In this document: positions 37,205-46,273 of the stretch, piece by piece | How positions within the stretch are numbered: the stretch's first letter is position 1 | Layout of the letters: every line of letters starts with the position of its first letter | Assembly: GCA_041737125.1 (NCBI GenBank) | Contig: JBGSSJ010000013.1 | Span: forward strand, 6,236 to 70,235 | From: Minisyncoccia bacterium | GTDB taxonomy: Bacteria > Patescibacteriota > Minisyncoccia > Phycocordibacterales > UBA9973 | DNA length: 64,000 nucleotides | Reading direction: 5' to 3' | The notes under the pieces: model-generated | What the model was told of the DNA's origin: nothing | The model's input: the letters and a program-made list of their open reading frames with translations, nothing else | Databases searched by the model: none | Translations under genes and position numbers: made by a program

Positions 37205-38944
37205 TTACATTAAGACTGCTTTTATACGGCGGACACCTTGGGCTGTGGCTTCCTCTTTCTGTATTTTGAATATTCCAAGCTCGGAAGTATTGCCGACATG
37301 TGGTCCTCCACAGAATTCTTTCGATATTGGATTCCCATCTTTGTCTTCTATGAAGTAGACAGATACAACTTCAGGGTACTTTGTACCGAATTCCATCTCA
37401 GCGCCTAATTTTTCCGCTTCAGTAAGTGGCATCTCACGACGAACTACATAGAGCCCTTCTGATATTTTCTCATTAACCCAAGCTTCTACCTTTTGCTTTT
37501 CTTCATCAGTCAACTTGTGGTCACAGAGGAAGTCCATACGTAAACGCTCTTCGGTAATGTTACTTCCCTTCTGCTTAATATTTTTACTTACTATTTCTTG
37601 TAGTCCGGCAAGTAGTAGATGATGTGCAGTATGGAGCTTGATAGTCTGTGGCTCATGATTCGCAAGCCCACCTTTGAACATTCCCGCAGATGCAGTTTGT
37701 GAGAGCATAACATGCGCTTTCATTTGCTCATTAAAACTATCTATATCTATGGCAATTCCTTTTTCCTTCGCAAGTTCAAGAGTTAGCTCAATCGGAAAGC
37801 CGTATGTAGTAGCAAGAACAAATGGGTCAACATTTTTCTCGAATTCCTTGAGACCTGTTTGTAAAGTGTTTAGAAACTTTTGCTCCTCTAATTTAAATAC
37901 CGATTCTATGTCTACACTCTTTAACTTTGGATATATAGAAGAATAAAAATCTATATAATATTTTATTATATTTGCAGGCAACACAGCATCGCTATTAATT
38001 TGTTTCATTTTCAGAACAGCTCTTCTTATTAACCTGCGGAGTATATATCCTTGGTCTTTATTCCCTGGTATTACTTCGTCTGAAATTAAGAAAGTTGCAC
38101 TTCTTAGGTGGTCAGCAATAATTCTTGCAGATTTTTCTTCATAATTAGACGAGCTATCTTTTATCATTTCTATGACTGAAGAAAAAATATCTGTCTCATA
38201 TATACTTTTCTTACCTTGAGCGACAGTTACAACTCTTTCGAGCCCCGAACCAGTGTCCACATTATTCTTCGGAAGTTTACCTACAACCTTACTATTCTCT
38301 TGTTTGTAAACCATAAAAACATCATTCCAGATTTCAACCACTTCCTGCTTATCTTCAGCTATTTCAAAACCTTCCTGATTCATATCTCCGAGAGTTCCAG
38401 TTAGATCATAGAACATCTCTGTAGAAGGCCCAGCAGGAGAATTCGGTCCGGCACTCCACCAGTTTGATTTAGAACTTTTGAAATATATTCGATGCTCAGG
38501 TATTCCCAATGATTTCCATATTTCTACTGCTTCCATATCTCTTTCAACTTCCTCACTACCTCCGAAAACAGTAAAGTATAGACGTGCCGGATCAAGACCC
38601 AACCCTTCTTCTTTAGAAGTCAGGAATTCATAACTCCATGTGATAGCTTCTTTTTTAAAATAGTCGCCGAGGGACCAGTTCCCGAGCATCTCAAAAAAAG
38701 TAAGGTGTGTATTATCACCTATTTCATCGAAATCAACAGTGCGTAGACACTTTTGATAATTTACAAGTCTAGTGCCCTCTGGATGTTCTTTGCCTAAAAG
38801 GTATGGCATTAGTGGTTGCATACCGGCTGTATTAAAAAGCACAGAAGGATCGTTCTCTGGTACAAGCGAAGCTGAAGGTATTATTTTGTGCCCACGTTTT
38901 ACAAAAAAAGCCAAAAATCTATCCCTTATCTCATTTGATTTCAT
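37205..38944 (-). CDS. alaS: alanyl-tRNA synthetase, short form lacking the C-Ala domain
   Basis: N-terminal class II catalytic core (FNTAGMQPL..., FFEMLGNWS.GDYFK), editing-site ligands HTAHHLL and CGGPHV. Only 579 aa. Confidence 0.85.
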   Translation of the reverse strand: MKSNEIRDRFLAFFVKRGHKIIPSASLVPENDPSVLFNTAGMQPLMPYLLGKEHPEGTRLVNYQKCLRTVDFDEIGDNTHLTFFEMLGNWSLGDYFKKEAITWSYEFLTSKEEGLGLDPARLYFTVFGGSEEVERDMEAVEIWKSLGIPEHRIYFKSSKSNWWSAGPNSPAGPSTEMFYDLTGTLGDMNQEGFEIAEDKQEVVEIWNDVFMVYKQENSKVVGKLPKNNVDTGSGLERVVTVAQGKKSIYETDIFSSVIEMIKDSSSNYEEKSARIIADHLRSATFLISDEVIPGNKDQGYILRRLIRRAVLKMKQINSDAVLPANIIKYYIDFYSSIYPKLKSVDIESVFKLEEQKFLNTLQTGLKEFEKNVDPFVLATTYGFPIELTLELAKEKGIAIDIDSFNEQMKAHVMLSQTASAGMFKGGLANHEPQTIKLHTAHHLLLAGLQEIVSKNIKQKGSNITEERLRMDFLCDHKLTDEEKQKVEAWVNEKISEGLYVVRREMPLTEAEKLGAEMEFGTKYPEVVSVYFIEDKDGNPISKEFCGGPHVGNTSELGIFKIQKEEATAQGVRRIKAVLM

Positions 38945-39061
38945 GTATACATATTATACCAAAACATCTTTTCCGCCAACTGGCGAGAAGTCTCACGTCT
39001 ATATAATATTGACATTCACCTTAATTTATGTTATTTTATAATTAATTCATGTACTCTACAT

Positions 39062-39119
39062 TTGTTAGTTGGTGACCGTAGAAGATTAACTTTAGTCTCA
39101 TGGGGTCAACAACTAACAA
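39062..39119. promoter_or_regulatory. 16-bp-arm inverted repeat overlapping the start of the small membrane protein gene
   Basis: ttgttagttggtgacc ...25 nt... ggtcaacaactaacaa, with one mismatch. Confidence 0.45.
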
Positions 39120-39339
39120 AAAAATGGAAGAAAAAACAATAGTACTAAGCTTGCTAGTAATAGCTGCTTGTGTTTTCTTTTATTTTATTTTTAAAACCAT
39201 CTATTATGGTTATAAAAATAGAACTAGAGACGGTTATGCGCGTGCATATGCCCGATACAAGAAAAAAAGCTTAGAGGTAACGATAGCTATAATCCCAATA
39301 TTTATATTAGGAATATGGTTATTATCCTTAATTAACTAG
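39100..39339 (+). CDS. small membrane protein (hypothetical)
   Basis: 79 aa with two TM helices. A second in-frame ATG lies 8 codons in. The start overlaps a 16-bp-arm inverted repeat. Confidence 0.35.
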   Translation: MGSTTNKKMEEKTIVLSLLVIAACVFFYFIFKTIYYGYKNRTRDGYARAYARYKKKSLEVTIAIIPIFILGIWLLSLIN

Positions 39340-39342
39340 AAC

Positions 39343-39374
39343 AAAAGGCCAGTGCTCTATAGCACCGGCCTTTT
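39343..39374. terminator. bidirectional terminator between the 39100 ORF and mgtC
   Basis: aaaaggccagtgc-tctata-gcaccggcctttt. Confidence 0.75.
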
Positions 39375-39385
39375 AATATTTTTAA

Positions 39386-39871
39386 TTAATGATCGTCAGG
39401 TTTGGATTCAGTAAAGAATTTAGACTTCTTTAATTGCTGTTCTATGAACCAGAGTACAGTGAAGATAAAGACTGTCATGATAGTCGCTATAGTTGCAAGC
39501 TTGTATAAGCCGAATCCACATGCCATACCTATACCAGCAGACACCCATAGCCCTGTAGCAGTAGTGAGGCCCATTAGCTTATTGTCTTTCGTAAATATAA
39601 GCCCAGTACCGATGAATCCGACACCTACGAGTATCTGTGCTGCTATACGAAGTGGATCGAGGTCTACTCCCGCAGATCCCTGATACATCCGGACTACAAT
39701 CTCCGAGGTCACAACGAAAAGCGCTGAACCCATAGACACTAGTGCATAAGTCCTCATCCCTGCAGTCTTGTGCGCCCACACTCTCTCCGCACCCATAATC
39801 ATACCCAAACCTAAAGCCACAAAAAGTCTTGTAATAATATCTATTGTCACCCCATCAAAAAAGTTTTCCAT
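39386..39871 (-). CDS. mgtC: MgtC/SapB-family membrane protein
   Basis: 161 aa. LGLGMIMGAERVWAHKTAGMRTYALVSMGSALF is the MgtC signature. Confidence 0.8.
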   Translation of the reverse strand: MENFFDGVTIDIITRLFVALGLGMIMGAERVWAHKTAGMRTYALVSMGSALFVVTSEIVVRMYQGSAGVDLDPLRIAAQILVGVGFIGTGLIFTKDNKLMGLTTATGLWVSAGIGMACGFGLYKLATIATIMTVFIFTVLWFIEQQLKKSKFFTESKPDDH

Positions 39872-39898
39872 ACAATTATTATATCAAATTTATTTTAT

Positions 39899-41605
39899 TT
39901 ATAATACTTCCTGTTGATAACATGACTCACAGTAGACTACTTCTTGCCTGCTTGCTTGGTATGGTGAGTTTATTTCTTTTTTACAAAAATCACATTTGCT
40001 AATATAAAGTTTCCTAGGTAGTAATTGACTTAATCTATCTGTATATCTAGTATTCGGTGCTCTCCTAGGTAGTGCAAGACCAGCTTGTCGATAGAAAGAT
40101 AGCTCCATAGGAATAATCTTATAAGCTTTACCAGTATCCTCACATTTAAGTATCTTCTCTAAGATATCATCTTCGACATCTTTTATATCATCAGGAATAA
40201 TATAATTTGAAAATTCGTAATGTATATCTGAAACATAGTCACTCCAAGTAAATCCTTGATCTAGAGCTTTTTCTTTCTTTAAAGGGAATATTTCAGGAGC
40301 TGTAGTTTCATTATAACCAAAAGGTGAAAATTCGCTCGGGAAAAATTCTCCATATTTATAAACTCTGCCTTTATTATCAACATAAGGTATATCATTCATA
40401 TGCGCTTTAATCTTTGGAAGTAATTCTTCGTATTCTTCTTTGGTATATTTTTTATTTAAAATAACATAATTCCCTCCACGTATACATACACATCCAAAGC
40501 AATTCGACGCGCTAGTAGTGAAAGCAGAGTATTCTACATCGTTTATGGTCATCTTTTTAAGTGGATCATTAGAAAGACAGAATAATAGAACTTTCGAATT
40601 ATAAGCTCCTCCGCTATGAGCACATTCATACACAAGCTCTGCCGCACCGAAACAAGAACAATCATATGAATCCCGAGTCCATCCTGCAATACTCATGTTT
40701 TTACAATTCTCAAGTTTTATACTCTCCCAACAATTATGAGCATTTTTACATTCGGAAAGATTGTTACCAGTTGAATTTACTGATTTAAATATTAGATTTT
40801 CTCTGTGGGGAGAATTATTCCAAATATTTTTTATTTTTTCTTTCCACCATAGAATACCTGAATGAGACGAAATGGGATGTAACTTTAAAAAATCTTCGTA
40901 CGATTCTTTACTATGTTGTTCATTAAAAATACAATATTGTTTATTACGAAGGCCAGCACAACCAATAACATTAATACAATTACGACAATCATAGGAGAAG
41001 CTTGTATGCAAAGAGTCATAACATTCGTATGAATAATGAGTAAAGTAACAACGCTCACAGTGAATGTTGTGGGCACAATTATCAGAATTTAAAATCCAGT
41101 AATTATCGAAACAATTCTTTCCGAATACTTCATAAGCATTATAAGCAGAATCTTCATTAGATAAACCTCCAACATTTAGATAACAATTTTTATCATCTGT
41201 TTCTTGATTCACCCAATCACTGTTTATACAATTTGAATTGAAAATAGAAATATGAGGAAGGTTAAAGAATAACTCTTTCCATTGTTCGAAAAAAGGCTTC
41301 GAGAAATCATAATCTTTACCATAAGAAGTCGGGTCCCATTTATCACTCCACCAGCACGTAGAACAATACATTTTATACTTCTTATCTGGAGATACACGAG
41401 AAACTACACTCTTACCACACATATTGCAATCATTTTTATATAACATTCTTTCATTACGAAAAGAAAGTCTTCTTTGTTCTCTACAATCTGGACAGAATGT
41501 CGGAGGAGGTACATTTATCTTCTCATAAAAATCAAAATCTTGTGACTCTATAACGAAGTTATTTTTGCAGTTCTGACATATTTTGTTTTCTATTTGATTT
41601 TCCAT
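39899..41605 (-). CDS. Cys-rich protein, paralog A: full-length 568 aa with zinc-ribbon-like modules at both ends and a central CxxC-repeat region
   Basis: The N-terminal module (CxxC plus FCPDCREQRRL..RN..LY..C..C.KSV) and C-terminal module (FYRQ...RYTDRL...LY..CDFCKKEIN...YCESCYQQE) are internal repeats. Centre carries NCYL, NCFD, HCERCYF, DCRNC, GCAGLRNKQYCIFN. No signal peptide. Confidence 0.6.
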   Translation of the reverse strand: MENQIENKICQNCKNNFVIESQDFDFYEKINVPPPTFCPDCREQRRLSFRNERMLYKNDCNMCGKSVVSRVSPDKKYKMYCSTCWWSDKWDPTSYGKDYDFSKPFFEQWKELFFNLPHISIFNSNCINSDWVNQETDDKNCYLNVGGLSNEDSAYNAYEVFGKNCFDNYWILNSDNCAHNIHCERCYFTHYSYECYDSLHTSFSYDCRNCINVIGCAGLRNKQYCIFNEQHSKESYEDFLKLHPISSHSGILWWKEKIKNIWNNSPHRENLIFKSVNSTGNNLSECKNAHNCWESIKLENCKNMSIAGWTRDSYDCSCFGAAELVYECAHSGGAYNSKVLLFCLSNDPLKKMTINDVEYSAFTTSASNCFGCVCIRGGNYVILNKKYTKEEYEELLPKIKAHMNDIPYVDNKGRVYKYGEFFPSEFSPFGYNETTAPEIFPLKKEKALDQGFTWSDYVSDIHYEFSNYIIPDDIKDVEDDILEKILKCEDTGKAYKIIPMELSFYRQAGLALPRRAPNTRYTDRLSQLLPRKLYISKCDFCKKEINSPYQASRQEVVYCESCYQQEVL

Positions 41606-41644
41606 TTTTTATCCTATTTTACTTAACTAAAGTATTTAGTAAAC

Positions 41645-42580
41645 CTAAACCATTTCTTGTTGATAACATGATTCGCAGTAGATACGATACAGTTGTTGCT
41701 TCTCTTTGTCGTACGATGTATTTATTGATTTCTTACAATTTGCGCAAGTTGCTTCATATAGCGTACGTGGTAGTCTGCTAAACATTCGCTTCTGGTGCCT
41801 ACAGTTGAAGCACTCACTTGGAATTACAATATTCATCCTCTTATAGAAAGCAATCTCACGGGAAATAAGCTTGTAATTCTTCGTACAGCTTGTACAAGTA
41901 AATATTTCTTTAGTTAAAGATTCATCATAATCACTCGGGCTTGCTGGTATAGAACTATACTCTATGGTTCCTTGTCCTTGAGTAAAAGGTAAGTCGTACT
42001 TCCATTTATATCCTTCTTCAAGCGCATCTTTCTCGTCTTTATTTATATATTCATTTATTATCGATTCGTTATAAGCAAATGGACTCATCCATATAGGGAA
42101 GAATGATCCATACTCCCCTTTCTCTTTTAACAAAGAAATTATTCTGTCTCGTAAAATAATATAATCTTCTTTTGTGTATTGTTTATTAAAAATACAGTAT
42201 GACTTATTCCTAAGTCCTAAGCATCCAAATAAATCGCTTGAGTTATAGCAGAACTCGCTATACATCACATCATGACTCTCGACAACATTATGTGAGAACA
42301 GAACATTCTTACCAATACAATTTAGAACTTCATAACAGCTTTCCAATACAGGAGAAAAAGATCCGTCATAAGTATCAATGGCACTTCTAACTGTATAGAC
42401 GTATTTCGAATTCTCTCCACTTTTTACATCGAAACCGTGGTGTATGTTATGGGAATTATAAATATGATTTCCTGATACATCGTTGTTATGAGAGCCGAAG
42501 AACGATATTTGTGGTAAGAACCTTTTTAATTCTTCTACTTTGTCTAGTATCATACTGAGCTTCTCTTGCGACATAGGCAT
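41645..42580 (-). CDS. Cys-rich protein, paralog B C-terminal half
   Basis: 311 aa. GCLGLRNKSYCIFNKQYTKEDY... and C-terminal YCESCYQQEMV align with the C-half of 39899..41605. Same frame as the upstream N-half, separated from it by one TAA. Confidence 0.55.
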   Translation of the reverse strand: MPMSQEKLSMILDKVEELKRFLPQISFFGSHNNDVSGNHIYNSHNIHHGFDVKSGENSKYVYTVRSAIDTYDGSFSPVLESCYEVLNCIGKNVLFSHNVVESHDVMYSEFCYNSSDLFGCLGLRNKSYCIFNKQYTKEDYIILRDRIISLLKEKGEYGSFFPIWMSPFAYNESIINEYINKDEKDALEEGYKWKYDLPFTQGQGTIEYSSIPASPSDYDESLTKEIFTCTSCTKNYKLISREIAFYKRMNIVIPSECFNCRHQKRMFSRLPRTLYEATCANCKKSINTSYDKEKQQLYRIYCESCYQQEMV

Positions 42581-42607
42581 GAGCTCGTTTTTAATCTGTT
42601 TATATTC

Positions 42608-43303
42608 TTATTTGGAAACTGGCTGATTAAAAACATAGTAAGATTTACCATTGAGACCTACACACCCTATGCAATCAGTGCATCCTCTGCAGTCAAAGAG
42701 CCCTATGCTATCGGCACAACTTTCGCACTCTTCTGAATAGAAAAGCTTGTTGCAATATAAGCAATCTACGCATTCATAACAAGATTCTGATTTAAAAATA
42801 TAAAGATTATCAATAGTATCTTTCGAACTCCAAACTATATGTCCATAATCACAATCTTCATTCTCAACACAACCAAAACACAAATAACAATTCTTACTGT
42901 TATGAGCCATATTTACGTACTCTGAATTTGTACAATTTGTTTGCCCTAGGGACGCTCTAGGGACTTTCTTAAAAAGAGAATCTAGTTGCTCAAAGAATGG
43001 CTTCTTGAAGTCAAAATCTACTCCATAAGACATTGGGTCCCATCCATCACCCCACCATTCACTTACTTCATAAACTGTATAAAGAGAATCCGGAGAATAC
43101 ATCGATATCATTGATTTCCCGGACAAATCGGAATTTCTTTTATACAAAGTTTTAAAATTACGATAAATTAACCTTCTATTATTTCTACAAGCTGAGCAGT
43201 AGTTTGGGATCGGTACATCCATTCTTTTATAGAAAGATAAATCATCTATATCTAAATAGAATAATTTTTGGCACTTTTCACAGGTTTTACTTTCTGTTTC
43301 CAT
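42608..43303 (-). CDS. Cys-rich protein, paralog B N-terminal half
   Basis: 231 aa. KTCEKCQKLF...SFYKRMDVPIPNYCSACRNNRRLIYRN...NCYL...CxxCxxCxxC...GCVGLNGKSYYVFNQ aligns with the N-half of 39899..41605. Ends at an in-frame TAA at 42608-42610. Confidence 0.55.
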   Translation of the reverse strand: METESKTCEKCQKLFYLDIDDLSFYKRMDVPIPNYCSACRNNRRLIYRNFKTLYKRNSDLSGKSMISMYSPDSLYTVYEVSEWWGDGWDPMSYGVDFDFKKPFFEQLDSLFKKVPRASLGQTNCTNSEYVNMAHNSKNCYLCFGCVENEDCDYGHIVWSSKDTIDNLYIFKSESCYECVDCLYCNKLFYSEECESCADSIGLFDCRGCTDCIGCVGLNGKSYYVFNQPVSK

Positions 43304-43312
43304 GTTTATTAA

Positions 43313-44506
43313 TTATACCACCACACCACCCCCGAGGCATATATCCTTGTCATAAACTACGATAGACTGCCCAGCTGATACTAATATGGGCTTATCAAAG
43401 ATGATTGTTGAGCCTTCTATCCTACATGCTAATTGCTCACCATGATAGCGAATCTGAGCTGTGTACTTCTTGTTGTTTTTTGGTATTTCTGAAATCCAAT
43501 TTACCTGCTTTAGAGCAAAACAAAATTCTTGGTGGGAAAGGCCTTGCGCAGCGCGACTGGCGCGAGCAGAGGAAATTCCGAGCACGGAATTATCCGTGCC
43601 TTTATCGACAAGAATTTTGTTTTGCGAGACTGTTATTGTATTTCTTTCTACATCTTTAGAAACTACATGGAGTGGTTTATTATTCTCGGAATTCTTTGTT
43701 ATTGTAAATCCATGTCGCTCACCTAGAGTGAAGAATACTGCCCCATCATGGTAGCCTATGACTTCACCGTTATCATCTAGTACATCTCCGTTTTTCTCTT
43801 TTATGTAATGCTTTAAGAAATCTTTCATATCAAGCGGTCCCAGGAAGCAGACACCTTGGCTATCCTTCTTCACTGCTGTCGGAAGTTTATATTTAAGAGC
43901 AAGCTTCCTGACTTCTTTCTTATTCAAATGCCCCACAGGGAAAAGTGTGTGAGCCAAATCATCTTGATTTAGTGTCCAAAGGAAATAACTTTGGTCTTTA
44001 CTTTTATCTGGACTTTGCTTCAACTCAAATAGCTTTTCATGAAGTTCCTTATTTTTTGATTTTTCTAATTCGTAATTATTAATTAGTAATTTGTAATTAT
44101 TTACAGCATAGTGCCCTGTAGCAATAAAGTCCGCACCATGCTTCTTTGCAAAATCCCAAAATATTCCGAACTTTACTTCGCGATTACACATAACATCAGG
44201 GTTCGGAGTATTACCTTTCTTGTATTCCTCTATCATGTAGTCTGCTACGCCATTTTTGTATGCCTCTTCCCCATCACATTCGAGGAATGGGATATTGAGG
44301 TGAGCGCATACTCGCATGGCATCACGACGCTCATCACGCCAAGTACACTCTATGAAGTCCGGTTGCCAAGTACGAATAAAAACCCCAACAACATTATATC
44401 CTTGGTCTTTCAGAAGTGCTGCTGAAACTGAGGAATCAACTCCACCCGAGACTCCTACAAATACGGTTTTATTTAGTTTCTTTCCCATCTCGCAAATATA
44501 CCACAA
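43313..44506 (-). CDS. mnmA: tRNA-specific 2-thiouridylase MnmA
   Basis: PP-loop VGVSGGVDSSV and catalytic Cys residues, 397 aa. True start is probably the internal MGKK. Confidence 0.85.
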   Translation of the reverse strand: MWYICEMGKKLNKTVFVGVSGGVDSSVSAALLKDQGYNVVGVFIRTWQPDFIECTWRDERRDAMRVCAHLNIPFLECDGEEAYKNGVADYMIEEYKKGNTPNPDVMCNREVKFGIFWDFAKKHGADFIATGHYAVNNYKLLINNYELEKSKNKELHEKLFELKQSPDKSKDQSYFLWTLNQDDLAHTLFPVGHLNKKEVRKLALKYKLPTAVKKDSQGVCFLGPLDMKDFLKHYIKEKNGDVLDDNGEVIGYHDGAVFFTLGERHGFTITKNSENNKPLHVVSKDVERNTITVSQNKILVDKGTDNSVLGISSARASRAAQGLSHQEFCFALKQVNWISEIPKNNKKYTAQIRYHGEQLACRIEGSTIIFDKPILVSAGQSIVVYDKDICLGGGVVV

Positions 44507-45336
44507 GGAAGCAATTTGTCAGCACCAGATTGCTCTATCACAAGCTCACCTATTTCTATCTTACCAGCGTGGTCCTTCATCACGTCTTTGAGATTATTTT
44601 CATAAGCTATTGGTGAATAGCCAGCCGTATAACCATTTATCAATACAAATAATGGATCATCAGAGAGTATTTGTTTACACAAATCCATAAGTTCTAGGAA
44701 ACTGTCTTCTATTTTCCAAAGCTCGTCTTTAGGCCCATGACCGAATGATGGTGGGTCCATGAGTATAGCATCGTACTTGCGACCTCTTTTTATCTCTCTT
44801 TTTAGGAACATCAACACGTCGTCTACTATCCAGCGGATAGGTGCATCAGAAAGGTTGGATAATTTCGCATTGTCACGTGCCCAAGCTACAGCAGACTTAG
44901 ATCCATCCACATGACAGACTTCTGCTCCCGCACGTGCGCATGCAAGTGTCGCTCCACCAGTGTAGGCGAATAAGTTCAGCACATTTACTTTCCTTTCACT
45001 ATTATTAATTTTCTCCTCCATCCATTGCCAGTTCGGTAATTGCTCAGGGAAAAGGCCCGTGTGCTTGAAAGACGAAGGACGGATAGAAAATGTAAGGTCA
45101 CCGAATACAATATTCCAGCTGCGTGGCACACCTTCTTTGATAATCCATTTGGTACGTGTTCCTGTGCGCACGAATACTAAATCCGTATTGTCCCATGCAT
45201 CAGCTCCAAGTGACTTCTGCCAAAGTGCTTCTGGGTCTGGGCGCACCATAGTATATGAGCCATATCTTTCTAGCTTAAAGCCTTGGCCGGCATCAAGTAA
45301 TTCATATTCTTTTTGTGGTGTTGTTCTTAGTATCAT
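44473..45336 (-). CDS. class I SAM-dependent methyltransferase (RlmI/YccW-like rRNA m5C MTase fold)
   Basis: FAYTGGATLACARAGA (SAM motif I), ILMDPPSFG (motif IV). Overlaps the 5' end of mnmA. Confidence 0.6.
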   Translation of the reverse strand: MILRTTPQKEYELLDAGQGFKLERYGSYTMVRPDPEALWQKSLGADAWDNTDLVFVRTGTRTKWIIKEGVPRSWNIVFGDLTFSIRPSSFKHTGLFPEQLPNWQWMEEKINNSERKVNVLNLFAYTGGATLACARAGAEVCHVDGSKSAVAWARDNAKLSNLSDAPIRWIVDDVLMFLKREIKRGRKYDAILMDPPSFGHGPKDELWKIEDSFLELMDLCKQILSDDPLFVLINGYTAGYSPIAYENNLKDVMKDHAGKIEIGELVIEQSGADKLLPCGIFARWERN

Positions 45337-45337
45337 A

Positions 45338-46270
45338 TTATTTTAAATATTTATTTATATTTCTCTTGTGTTCTTCATAAGTCTTGGCGAGGTATATACT
45401 ACCATCTTTGGCATGCAGATAGTACAGGTAGTCCGTCCTTTCTCCCTTGATTGCAGCTTTTATAGATACAAGTCCTGGATTTGCTATAGGACCACGAGGT
45501 AAACCAACTGTTTTATAAGTATCACGGTATGCATCTACTTGAAGTAACATCCCTCTATCTAATCTATTCCATAAGATACCTGCGATTATACTAGCATCCT
45601 TTTCACCTTTTGCCTCTTTTTCTATAAGTGATGCCATAATTATTATATCTGATAATTTACGATTACTTTTCTCTATATCATTTGCGAGTTTTTCGATCTT
45701 ATTTTCAAAATTGAAAGTAAGTTCAGCCAATATCTCATCAACGCTCGTTTGCGGGAAAAAGAAATATGTATCCGGGAAAAGATAGCCCTGCTTAGTGCGC
45801 GGGTCTGACATGAATAAATCTCTGCGGAAAGTCGGTAACTTTGTCGAAAGCAAATCTGCCATCTCATTATTGGTCATACCTTCTTTAAAGGTAACTTTTA
45901 CTTTATCTATATTATGATCACCTTGTGCAAGCATGAATGCCACTCTAAATACTGACATAGGTTTATCGAAAAGGTAATCACCTTTCTCTACTCCATGTGA
46001 TTCACCAAGAACTGTGACAAAAGCTTTCAATACAAATGCATGGCGGACGACACTTTTAGTTTCTAATTCTTCTGATATAGAGCTCAATGTCTGATTTGGT
46101 GCTACATGGATTGTAATGTTTTCTTTATTGAGATAACTTCTATTAATCGAAGGTGAGGAAAATGCATAGTAAGAAATTATAAATAGAAAACAAAATAAGA
46201 AAAATATATTTAGTATTTTTCTTATTGGAAAAGGTTTCCTGATTTCTACTATTGGCAACTCATTATCCAT
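45338..46270 (-). CDS. mltG: endolytic murein transglycosylase MltG (YceG-like)
   Basis: N-terminal TM, YceG motifs ...GYLFPDTYFF... and LASLIEKEA. Confidence 0.8.
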   Translation of the reverse strand: MDNELPIVEIRKPFPIRKILNIFFLFCFLFIISYYAFSSPSINRSYLNKENITIHVAPNQTLSSISEELETKSVVRHAFVLKAFVTVLGESHGVEKGDYLFDKPMSVFRVAFMLAQGDHNIDKVKVTFKEGMTNNEMADLLSTKLPTFRRDLFMSDPRTKQGYLFPDTYFFFPQTSVDEILAELTFNFENKIEKLANDIEKSNRKLSDIIIMASLIEKEAKGEKDASIIAGILWNRLDRGMLLQVDAYRDTYKTVGLPRGPIANPGLVSIKAAIKGERTDYLYYLHAKDGSIYLAKTYEEHKRNINKYLK

Positions 46271-46273
46271 AAA

